From: Eledone cirrhosa
Lineage: Eukaryota
Length of the DNA: 64,000 bases
Assembly: GCA_964016885.1 (NCBI GenBank)
Contig: OZ024752.1
Location: forward strand, 20,956,001 to 21,020,000
Reading direction: 5' to 3'
This document shows positions 23,561-36,000 of this stretch, in pieces (position 1 is the stretch's first letter; each line of letters opens with the position of its first letter). The notes beneath the pieces are model-generated. The model did no database searches. It was not told where the DNA came from and saw only the letters and a program-made list of their open reading frames with translations. A program made the translations under genes and the position numbers.

Positions 23561-26003
23561 TTAATTAGGTTTATAATATTTAAATGTTTTTTTTAGTTTA
23601 TGATTACACGATATAATTAATTCCTGTCGTTTATTTAATAGGATATCCTTAGATTTCATTATTTCAAATAGTTCTTGGGAACATAATCTACATTCATTTC
23701 TATTATTTTGATAAGGGGTGGCTCTTTTGAGCACACTCCAGGTCAAATCATATTCTATATTCTTATTTTTATAACTATTGATTTTTTTCTGCTAGAGATG
23801 TTGTATTAGCCAGTGCGGCATTTTTAAAACTATGCTTGTGGGTATTAAACCTTGTCTTAAAATTGTTAGAGGTAGCTCCTATATATGAGCAAATAGAATC
23901 TTTAGTTTTAACATTACATTTATAGACTATGTTGTTAACAAGACAATTCCCTTTTAATGGGCAGTTTGCTTTGTTTCTACAGTTACAACCTTTCGTTAAT
24001 TCTGTATTTGAGGAGATATTATGGTTAATTTGATGTACTGGTGGTATACTTATGGTTTTCTTACATTTATATGCATTATAGGCACTTATATTTTGTTTTA
24101 TGTTATTTGTTGTTGAGTATGAGAATTTAACTGTAGACCTATTTAAGATTTGATGGTATTTGTGGTTTGGCGGGAAGTTCTTCTCTAGGATATAAAAAAA
24201 TTTTTTAGCAATATTATCCTTAATTTGTAAATTAAATGGAGCATTATACCAAGTAACCCGTCTATTACGGTTTCTATGTTGTTTATTATTTTTATTATTT
24301 TTATAGGTTGTATCGTGATGTTTACTAGGAGGATTAATGTTAATGATCTCACCACAACCATTTTTAGTTATATTTGTAGATTTAGGTGTTTTATCTTTTT
24401 TATTAGGAGTTTTATTATTAATATTTATTAGAGTTGTATGATGAGTAGTTTGTTGAGAGTTACTATATTTTATATTAGAAGATTTGGTATTTTGGGGTAT
24501 AGTGTGGGTGGCATTTAGGTGTGTACTTTTCATTTGGTGTTTGTTGGTAATATTAGGTTGTATGCTTTTAGTATTTTTAGTAGAAGGTATATATTCTAAT
24601 CTATTTTTGTGGCCACTTCTATCTAGAGCTTCGTTATAGAAGGTCGCATTTTTATCAAATACATCTTGGTTAGAAGAAAGGTTAGAAATTCTAAGTGATA
24701 TATTATATGCAAGGTTTTTAAGGATAGATTTAGGGTGATTAGATTGTGAGTGTATGTAATGTAAGTTTTGGTTTGGTTTATGGTAAGGTTGGTAGATACC
24801 CGTAGCTAGATCTAAAGTTATATCTAGGAAATTTACTACTTTACTTGTTTTTTCAAAAGTAATATGAAGATTATAATAGTCTTTAAGGAAAGTTATAATA
24901 TGTTTTTTGTTTTTTTCAATTTCTGAAAGGCTAAGGTTGTTAGAAAGAAGAAGACAGTCATCACGATATAAACCACCTTTGAGGTGGGGAAAGGAGGCAT
25001 TTATGTTGAAAAGGAGAAAGAGGCCCACAAGATCAGTAATTTGGGCGGAATCGCTTGAACCCATAGTAATATCAAATAGATTACTATATGTGTTTCTGGT
25101 CCAGTATTCATTCTGAAATTCAATAAGTGTTAGTCTAGCATGTGTAATAATATTAATGTCATCCAAAGTTAAGTTAGATCTATTTTTAGCAAATATCAAT
25201 GCTTTGTTCAGGAGTATAGGTGATATAGAAGAATAGTAATTATCTATATCAAATTGTAGAAATGAAGCAGAAGATTTACATCTAATATTTTTAAACCAGT
25301 TAATTACCTGGGAGGTGTTTTCCCAGAGTGGTAAAATAACGTGTTTTCTTATTTGTGGGATGACTCTATCCAAAATTTTTTTGCTAATTATTCCAATATC
25401 TGATTTGGAGGGACATATAAGTCTAATAGAAGGATTTGAGTTAAAGTTTGATTTATGATCCTTCAGGTTGAAGTGTGGTCTTTTCAATGCCAAAGGTTCA
25501 GTTCTATCTTCAATGTTTAGTTTTTTTACTATGTTGTGTGTTTTGTTGTTGATGTTGGTGAGTGACGCATTATTAGATTTTTTATAATTTTTTCTGAGTT
25601 CTTTATATATGAACTCATTATAATGTTCAATATCCATATGATACAAGTTACCAGTTTTGTCCGAGTGGACATGGATTTTTTTAGACTTTTTTAGGTCCAA
25701 TAGGGTAGAATCAAGGTCCTTTTGAAAGACGGATTTATACTTTTTAAATTTGAGGTGTTTAATTAAATTAAAAAGGTCTTTCTCGAAGTCTTCAAGTAAA
25801 AAGTTGTGTGGTGGATTCTTGTAAGTATTGAAATCATACATATATTTCCGATCTGCTTGTTTAGATTTTTTATCGAAGTGGTAGGCTCTCCATCTAACCC
25901 TTCTGATAAAATTATTAGTTTTTTGAATCATAAGGAGTAAGAAGTCATCCTTAGAAGGTATTGGTATGTTTTTTAAAGAGGTTCCTAAATATTGTTTTTC
26001 CAT
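23561..26003 (-). pseudogene. PLE RT-GIY-YIG ORF with a +1 frameshift in an A-run near 23785
   Basis: The 742 aa and 61 aa ORF pieces together match the 46328-48769 protein; A7 here versus A6 in the intact copy. Confidence 0.92.
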
Positions 26004-26016
26004 TGTGATATGGATG

Positions 26017-26216
26017 NNNNNNNNNNNNNNNNNNNNNNNNNNNNNNNNNNNNNNNNNNNNNNNNNNNNNNNNNNNNNNNNNNNNNNNNNNNNNNNNNNNN
26101 NNNNNNNNNNNNNNNNNNNNNNNNNNNNNNNNNNNNNNNNNNNNNNNNNNNNNNNNNNNNNNNNNNNNNNNNNNNNNNNNNNNNNNNNNNNNNNNNNNNN
26201 NNNNNNNNNNNNNNNN
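26017..26216. other. Assembly gap (200 N)
   Basis: N run; both flanks carry gtgatatggatg. Confidence 0.99.
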
Positions 26217-26565
26217 GTGATATGGATGATGGACAATTGAAAGAGCTCAACTAAATGTATATGGGTTTATAAAATCATACATATATATGTATATACATAA
26301 ATATAAAATTAATACACACATACAGTACAAAAATACGAATATTTCCGTGAAAATAGGAGCAAAATTATGTAGATAAATCTACCAAGAGTTTACGGTAGTG
26401 TCCAATCCGTATGAAGAACTCAATGTATTCCGGATATCATGGAAAGAAGAGATGTAATGAAAAATCACTTTCGGTGAAAGATAAACGGTATACAGAGTCA
26501 AGATAAAATATTAAACAAATAATGAATAAAACAATGAAACAGTTCCTTATATTAAACAAAAAAAG

Positions 26566-26720
26566 TTCATTATTTAACGATCGTTTCTAGGATATATATG
26601 TGTTAGAATTGGCATGCATATTCAACAGATCTATGTACAAAATTATACAAAATTATACAAACTATCAAGATTAAATATACATACCAAACACACATATACG
26701 CCGTCTTCAGAAATAATGAA
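26566..26720 (-). ncRNA. Long-stem-II hammerhead ribozyme in the upstream pLTR of copy C
   Basis: Same motif as 19782-19936. Confidence 0.7.
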
Positions 26721-26760
26721 ATATATTTATTGATAATAACAACAATTCAAAATTTCAGGT

Positions 26761-27282
26761 CCTATAATGCATATAAATGTAAGAAAACCATAAGTATACC
26801 ACCAGTACATCAAATTAACCATAATATCTCCTCAAATACAGAATTAACGAAAGGTTGTAACTGTAGAAACAAAGCAAACTGCCCATTAAAAGGGAATTGT
26901 CTTGTTAACAACATAGTCTATAAATGTAATGTTAAAACTAAAGATTCTATTTGCTCATATATAGGAGCTACCTCTAACAATTTTAAGACAAGGTTTAATA
27001 CCCACAAGCATAGTTTTAAAAATGCCGCACTGGCTAATACAACATCTCTAGCAGAAAAAAATCAATAGTTATAAAAATAAGAATATAGAATATGATTTGA
27101 CCTGGAGTGTGCTCAAAAGAGCCACCCCTTATCAAAATAATAGAAATGAATGTAGATTATGTTCCCAAGAACTATTTGAAATAATGAAATCTAAGGATAT
27201 CCTATTAAATAAACGACAGGAATTAATTATATCGTGTAATCATAAACTAAAAAAAACATTTAAATATTATAAACCTAATTAA
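26761..27282 (+). pseudogene. Inverted copy of the GIY-YIG-encoding 3' end of family B
   Basis: YNAYKCKK..CNCRNKANCPL..YIGATSNNFKTR..CNHKLKKTFKYYKPN, with the same frameshift as the left arm. Confidence 0.9.
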
Positions 27283-27774
27283 TAACATTATTTTAGAAAT
27301 TAATTTAATTTAAATGTTAGTTAACCTATAAATTTAATTTAATTAAAATTCTACTACAGATGAGAATATAAAATATTGTGTAATCATAAATTGTGAAAAA
27401 CCTTTAAATATTACTAATATATACTTAGTAATTTAATTTATAGATTAATTTTAATTTATTTAAACCTTTTATTAAAATTCCTTTACAGATAAAATATAAC
27501 AAAATATCGTGTATCCAATGACAGAGAAATAATTTTTAGTATTATAGACCTAACTAATATACATTTTAGAAATATATTTATAATTTGGTTTTAAATTTAG
27601 TCAACCTAAAAATTTAATTTAATTGGCTTAAAATTAGTATCCTTATACAGACGGATTGCAGAGTGTCATGTAATCATAGAATGGGATGTGTTTTGGATGT
27701 ATACCTAGTTAATATATTCTTTGAAATTTTTGAAAAAATATGTATATGTATGTATGTATATGTATGTGTATGTA

Positions 27775-27873
<99 letters not shown>

Positions 27874-28643
27874 TAATTTTGATTTCTATTTGCATATAAT
27901 TATATTCTGCTATTGATAAAATACAATATCTGTTTTATTTATTATATACCTAATTAACATATACTATAGAAATTAATATATAATTTTTAATTTAGTTAAC
28001 CTATAATTTATATTCTACTACCGATGTAATACTTTATTTGTTTTTTCCCTATTACTAAATTCATTTCCTAATATTGATACCATAACGTTAATAACTTTAA
28101 TTTAGTTATACTATAATTAATACTCTACTACTATTTAACTTCAAAATTCTGCTTCAAATATTATAAACCTAACTAATTTACACCTTAGAAATCAATATGT
28201 TAACTATCTTTAGTTTAGTTAACATATAATTAATGGTATACTTATTTTGAAATGCATAATTTTGCCTTATTTCTTGTATTTCCTAACACTGAAACTATGT
28301 AAAAACATATATTGGGATCCAGATACAGATAATATTCTATGTTTCTTGAAACATATATTTACTATAATCCCCTTCTCCAACCCCCCCTTTCCCCCATACT
28401 ATTATCATCTGTGTTTGTAAGCGTGTATGTATGAATATATATGTAGGTAGGTGTGTATATGTTTGGGTATTTATATCTGAATATAAAAATACATATATGC
28501 GCATGCAAATAAGAATGTAAGATTATGTGTATATATATGTGTGTATGTATATATATATATATGTGTATATATGCATGTGTATATATATGTGTATGTGTAT
28601 ATATATATATGTGTGTATATGTGTATATGTGTGTGGGCGTGTA

Positions 28644-28676
<33 letters not shown>

Positions 28677-28850
28677 GTGTGTATGTATGTGTATATATAT
28701 ATGTGTATATATATGTATGTCTCTCTATATATATGTCTATCTTCGTATCTATGTGGGTATATGTGTGTATGTACATGTATGCACATGTATATGTTTATGT
28801 GTATATGTGTGTATGTGTATATATGTACGTGTGCACACATATATATGTGA

Positions 28851-28882
<32 letters not shown>

Positions 28883-28917
28883 GTGTATATCTATGTGTAT
28901 ATATATGTCTATATTCG

Positions 28918-28948
<31 letters not shown>

Positions 28949-29363
28949 TATTTATTATTATAATATAACTTATGTGTATGTGTGTATATGTGAGGGTGTG
29001 TATATGTATATATATGTATATATATGTGTAAAAATATATATGTGTATGTGTGTTTTTTGTGTGTGTGTATATATATGTATGTATATATGTGTGTATGTGT
29101 GTGTTTGTATGTGTGTTTATGGTTGTATGTGTGTGTGGGTGTATATATATAAATGTATGTGTATATATATATATATATGTGTATATGTATCTCTATTAAT
29201 GTGTGTATATATGTATATGTATATACCTTTTTCTTTGTATGTCTGAGTTGTGTGAGAGTGTAGTGGTGTTTGTATGTATATACGCATATATGGATGCGTA
29301 TGTATTTGTATATATGTGTGTGTATGTATGTTGTGTGTGTATGTATGTATGTGTCTATGTGTG

Positions 29364-29411
<48 letters not shown>

Positions 29412-29433
29412 CATATATGTCTATGTATATGTG

Positions 29434-29472
<39 letters not shown>

Positions 29473-29679
29473 TTATTTTATATATATGTGTGTGTGTGTA
29501 TGTGTGTGTGTGTATATATATCTTTATATATGTGTATGTGTATGTTCGTGTAGGTGTATGTGTGTGCATGACTATATATGTATGTGTGTATGTGTGTATG
29601 TATGTATATGTATGTGTGTGTACATGTATGTATGTGTATGTATATATATGTGTGTATATGTGTATGTATATATATATAT

Positions 29680-29711
<32 letters not shown>

Positions 29712-29987
29712 GTATCTCTATTTGTATGTGTATATGTGTATAGGTATATACCTTTTTCTTTGTATGTCTGAGTTGTGTGAGAGTGTAGTGGTGTTTGTAT
29801 GTATATACCGATATATGGATGCGTAAGTATTTGTGTGTATGTATGTATGTATGTCTGTATGTATTTGTGTGTATATATAGGTATGTATGTGTATATCTGT
29901 ATGTATATAAGTATGTATGTGTATGTATATGTGCGTGTATGTGTATATATATGTGTGTCTATATATGTATGTGTGATTATATGTGTA

Positions 29988-30020
<33 letters not shown>

Positions 30021-30108
30021 TTATATGTATGTGTGTATATGTGTGTATGTGTGTATATGTATATGTTTATATATGTGTGTGTATGTGTGTTCTAAGTGTA
30101 GATGTGTG

Positions 30109-30238
<130 letters not shown>

Positions 30239-30863
30239 CTTGATATATTTCTTTTTTCTTTTTTCTTTTTCTTTTCTTTCCTTTTTAATTTTTATTTTTT
30301 ATTTTTTATTTCTTAGTTTATAGATACATCTATAAATAAGCAGTCTGCCCAAACCGTTGAATACTGACCTCTCCCCCCCTCCCACCCAATTTCTGTATCT
30401 TGATCTAAATGTGTGTGGCAGTGTTTATGTGAGTGAATTAATATCCATGTGCTTATGATAATATTATATCCACATATATATATGTGTGTGGGTGTGTGTG
30501 TGTGTATGTATGTTCGTAATTATGTGTATGTTTATGCATATACGCGCGCGTGTGTGTGAGTGTACGGATATGTATGAGTATGAGAATATGTGTATACACT
30601 TATTTCATATTTATGTGTCTATACGCATCTTATCTGTGCATTATAAACTTACAGAGACATTAACCTTGAAATTTTGTATTTGCATGCATCTTTTTGGCAT
30701 GCGTATGCATGTTGAGCATACATCTTTGTATAAATATGTGTACGGGGTAGTTACATGTATATACACACACCATACTGCATAAAACCTTTTGTATTTTCAT
30801 TGGTCAATTTTGTTCCCAAACGGACCTGAAATTTTGAATTGTTGTTATTATCAATAAATATAT

Positions 30864-31018
30864 TTCATTATTTCTGAAGACGGCGTATATGTGTGTTTGG
30901 TATGTATATTTAATCTTGATAGTTTGTATAATTTTGTATAATTTTGTACATAGATCTGTTGAATATGCATGCCAATTCTAACACATATATATCCTAGAAA
31001 CGATCGTTAAATAATGAA
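30864..31018 (+). ncRNA. Long-stem-II hammerhead ribozyme (inverted arm of copy C)
   Basis: CTGAAGA at 30874, GAAA-cgatcg-TT at 30997-31008. Confidence 0.7.
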
Positions 31019-31212
31019 CTTTTTTTGTTTAATATAAGGAACTGTTTCATTGTTTTATTCATTATTTGTTTAATATTTTATCTTGACTCTGTATACCGTT
31101 TATCTTTCACCGAAAGTGATTTTTCATTACATCTCTTCTTTCCATGATATCCGGAATACATTGAGTTCTTCATACGGATTGGACACTACCGTAAACTCTT
31201 GGTAGATTTATC

Positions 31213-31371
<159 letters not shown>

Positions 31372-31540
31372 GTACCTATATATATATGTATATATAAATA
31401 AAGAATTGTATTCATATCTATATATATATATGTACATATATATATACATATGAATACAATTCTTTATATATATATACATATATATATATAGGTACATATA
31501 TATATATAGGTATATATATATGTATATATATATATATAGG

Positions 31541-31630
<90 letters not shown>

Positions 31631-31927
31631 TGTATATATATTTATGTATATGTATATATATATATGGATATGTATATATATATATGTATATGTATATATA
31701 TATATGTATATGTATATATATATGTATATGTATATATATATGTATATGTGTATATATATATGTATATGTATATATATATGTATATGTGTATATATATATG
31801 GATATGTATATATATATATATGGATATGTATATATATATATGTATATGTATATATATATGTATATGTATATGTATATATATATGTATATGTATATGTATA
31901 TATATATATGTATATATATATATGTAT

Positions 31928-31972
<45 letters not shown>

Positions 31973-31976
31973 AATA

Positions 31977-33219
31977 TAGGGTGTGGACGATATTTGTTCG
32001 CAAGATTACTGTCTAAGAAAAGATAACACAGTAGTTTTCATGACTTGTTCTTTCGATCTCACTCGATAAACCCGCCATTGGCTTTGATGACGGCCTCAAG
32101 GCGACCTCGGAACCGGCTACAGGCCTTCGTCACTGTTCCCCAACTTAGGCCCCTAAAGGCACTTGTGATCCTGGCCTTCAGATCGTCTTTCGTATTGCAG
32201 CTAGGTCTGTTGGTGTCTCGTTCCACTGCGCCCCACACAAAGAAGTCAAGGGGGTTGCAGTCAGGCGAGCTGGGAGGCCAAATGTCAGGTGAAGTGTGGT
32301 CGACGAAGTTCTCTGACAGCCAGGCTTGGGCCTTTCGTATGGTATGGCAGGGTGCTGAGTCTTGCTGCCACACGTACGGCCTACCTGCAGCGACCTGGTC
32401 GATCCAGGGCTTTACTACCTCGCTCAGAACGCGGATGTAGCCATCGGTGTTCAGCTTGAGGCCCTCAGGGAAGAAGTAAGGTGGCATGACGTCACCTTGA
32501 CTGCTGAAGACACCTAAGACCAATGTTGTTGCTGGAAACTTTGTCTGGATGAGACAGCGAGCCACCTGTTGTTCCGGGAGTTGATCTTCTGGTTTTGGCA
32601 GAAGTTTCTCTCGTCGGAGAAAAACCACAGCATGTCTGGCTCCAGTGGGTGTTTCAACTTGTTGATCAGCTGCTATGTGTACTTCAGTCGCTTTTCTTGC
32701 ATCGCCTTTGACAGAAATTGTCCTTTCCTCATCTTGTATGAAACGTAGCGAATGTCTTCATGTACCACCAGCCTAATGAGCTTTTCATCCACGCCTTTCT
32801 CCCTTGCAATGGCACGTATCGACTTGCTAGGTTCATTGTTGATGATATCCTGAACTTCAGCGACGAACTCGGGCATTCTGAAGGCGTTAGATCGTCGATC
32901 ATGTGTTTTCCTCTCTGATGTTGCTTCGTAGTCGAATCCTGAATCTTCCAATTCCTTTCTGACCTTTTCCACTATGCTCCTTCTGACGCTGAGAAAGTCT
33001 GAAATTTCCTTATTTGTCCTCCCGGTGTGGATTCCAAGAAGAACTCCGTGTCTCTTCCACAAATTTGGAGGTTCAAAATTATTTATAATCAATTATTCTA
33101 AAAATAAATAATGGAAATATAGTCACTGTTTTTATGAAGACAAGAGTGACAACGGAAGTAAAAAAATATTGCATAAAATTAGCAGTTGAAAATTGCGAAC
33201 AAATATCGTCAAGACCCTG
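31977..33219 (-). mobile_element. Tc1/mariner superfamily transposon, DD37D (maT) type
   Basis: 27-bp TIRs (Yagggt..gacgatatttgttcgcaa) at 31977-32003 and 33193-33219; TA flanks; transposase motifs inside. Confidence 0.9.
32059..33092 (-). pseudogene. DD37D transposase, disrupted
   Basis: WFFSDE, WQQDSAPCH, WPPSSPDCNPLDFFVWG; 37 residues between the 2nd and 3rd D; stop and frameshift near 32600-32675. Confidence 0.88.
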
Positions 33220-33556
33220 TATATATGTATATATATACACAGGGTATGGATATATATATATGTATATATATATATGTATATATATATGTATATAAGTATA
33301 ATTATATATATGTATGTATATATAAGTATATATATATATGTATAATTATATATATGTATGTATATATATATATATGTATAATTATATATATGTATGTATA
33401 TATATGTATATATATATGTATAATTATATATATGTATGTATATATAAGTATATATGTATGTATATGTATAATTATATATATGTATGTATATATATGTATA
33501 TATATGTATAATTATATATATGTATGTATATATATATGTATATATATATGTATAAT

Positions 33557-33594
<38 letters not shown>

Positions 33595-33596
33595 TG

Positions 33597-33627
<31 letters not shown>

Positions 33628-33658
33628 GTATATATATATTTATGTATTTATATATATG

Positions 33659-33698
<40 letters not shown>

Positions 33699-33699
33699 A

Positions 33700-34191
<492 letters not shown>

Positions 34192-34222
34192 AGAAAAACC
34201 ACAGACCCTCCATCTCAACTCA

Positions 34223-34260
34223 CCTTTTGAAAAGCAGAAGAACTGCGAAACCGGTAAAGG
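34223..34260 (+). ncRNA. Degenerate hammerhead ribozyme (PLE end relic)
   Basis: cctt-TTGAAAA-gcag-aagaa-ctgc-GAAA-ccgg-TA-aagg; stems intact, core mutated at two positions. Confidence 0.45.
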
Positions 34261-34563
34261 AACCAAATAAATATATATATTTTTAAAAAAAATAAGACTC
34301 CAGTTGCATTTTCGATTTCATCTCTTTTTCTTTATACTTTCACTCGTGTAGGACACCTCAGTTATTTTTCAATTTGTAAAACAAACCTCATTTTCTAATA
34401 TATATATGTATATATATTTGTATATATATAGATGTATATATATATATTTTATTATATAAAACCTCATTTTCTAATATATATATGTATATATATTTGTATA
34501 TATATATATGTATATATATATATTTTATTGTATATATATTTTATTATATTATATATATTTTAT

Positions 34564-34620
<57 letters not shown>

Positions 34621-34622
<2 letters not shown>

Positions 34623-35427
34623 AAAGTTATATTTAAATTGTTGGGTTACAACTAGTAAATATTTATAACTGATATAAAAGCACTCGACATATGAATTTAA
34701 AAAAAAAACTAAACATAAGATCATTTTCACACATTATGGATACATGTCTCATTCAAGAATACTGATATTTACAATATAGTGGCTGGTTTTTATACATACG
34801 AATACCTCTACATTAAAACATAGGGTTTTTTTATGCCTCGCCTATGTCTGGTTATTTTTAATTTTTCTCTATATATAACAGCTGGTTTCTATCCTAACCA
34901 CATATATCTCCCTTACATTAATACTAGAGCTAAATAAATAAATAAATAAATAAATGTATCATTGATACGTTTACTCAACTGACGTCCCACTACCTAGTTT
35001 TCTATATATATGTATCTATCTCTATTTCCTCTCTCTCTCTATATATATATATTTCTCTCTCTGTTTCTTTACATGAAGTTCTTCTCTTTATCTATCTTTC
35101 CATCTCTCTATTTTGTTCCATGCATTTCTTCTTTTTTTTTCTTCTTTTTCTTCGTTTTCTGTCTTTCTTTCCTCTTTTTTTTCTCTCTCTTTTTTTTTTC
35201 TCTCTTTTTTCTCTCTTTCTTTCTCTCTGTGTACAATTTTTTCACTGCCAAATCAACTTTTCAAATACAAGTCGATGTTGTTACGGTATGTCAAATCTAT
35301 TTATCTATAGAACTGTTTATATTGTATTTTGTCTGAGGAAGGCATAGCATATTGTTAATATGATATCCCTGAAATATATATAATGAAATAAATATGGTTT
35401 TATAAATATAGTTTCCATTTATTTAAT

Positions 35428-35432
<5 letters not shown>
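34621..35432 (+). mobile_element. Family D-related PLE 3' fragment with an inverted 'long tail' at its 5' side
   Basis: 35290-35432 matches 3110-3250; 34621-34690 is the reverse complement of 3268-3338; (TA)n flanks. Confidence 0.75.
35325..35390 (+). ncRNA. Type I hammerhead ribozyme (family D-related)
   Basis: tattttgt-CTGAGGA-aggcata..tatccct-GAAA-tatata-TA-atgaaata. Confidence 0.7.
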
Positions 35433-35476
<44 letters not shown>

Positions 35477-35479
<3 letters not shown>

Positions 35480-35576
35480 GATATATATCCTAGAAACGAT
35501 CGTTAAATAATGAACTTTTTTTGTTTAATATAAGGAACTGTTTCATTGTTTTATTCATTATTTTTTTAATATTTTA
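35477..35576 (+). mobile_element. About 100-bp terminal fragment of family B
   Basis: atatatcctagaaacgatcgttaaataatgaac..aatatttta-(TA)n, preceded by (TA)n-GTAGAT. Confidence 0.8.
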
Positions 35577-35602
35577 TATATATATATATATGTATATATA
35601 TT

Positions 35603-35652
<50 letters not shown>

Positions 35653-35869
35653 ATATATATGTATGTATATATATATGTATATATATGTATATATATTTGT
35701 TTATATATATATGTATATATATTTGTATATATATTTGTGTATATATATGTATGCATATGTATATATATATGTATATATACATATTTGTGTATATATATGT
35801 ATGCATATGTATATATATATATGTATATATACATATATATGTATATATATGTATGTATATATATATATA

Positions 35870-36000
35870 TGCAGCATCTGTGCGAGACTGCCTAAGCAAA
35901 GCTGGACTCGAAAGTCATCTTCGCAGTCATAAAGTAAGACCAGTGGTTGACTACCAGGCTGCTGTTGGAGATGCTACTCATCATACTTGCCAAGTTTCGT
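35870..36000 (+). mobile_element. LINE C-terminal zinc-finger fragment (RTE-like)
   Basis: [14 protein letters not shown]; similar to 38760-38800. Confidence 0.5.

Noticed and set aside
26730-27068. Independent 112-aa GIY-YIG gene
   Set aside because: A chimeric frame created by the inversion junction at 26761; its start is a non-ATG codon in antisense pLTR sequence.
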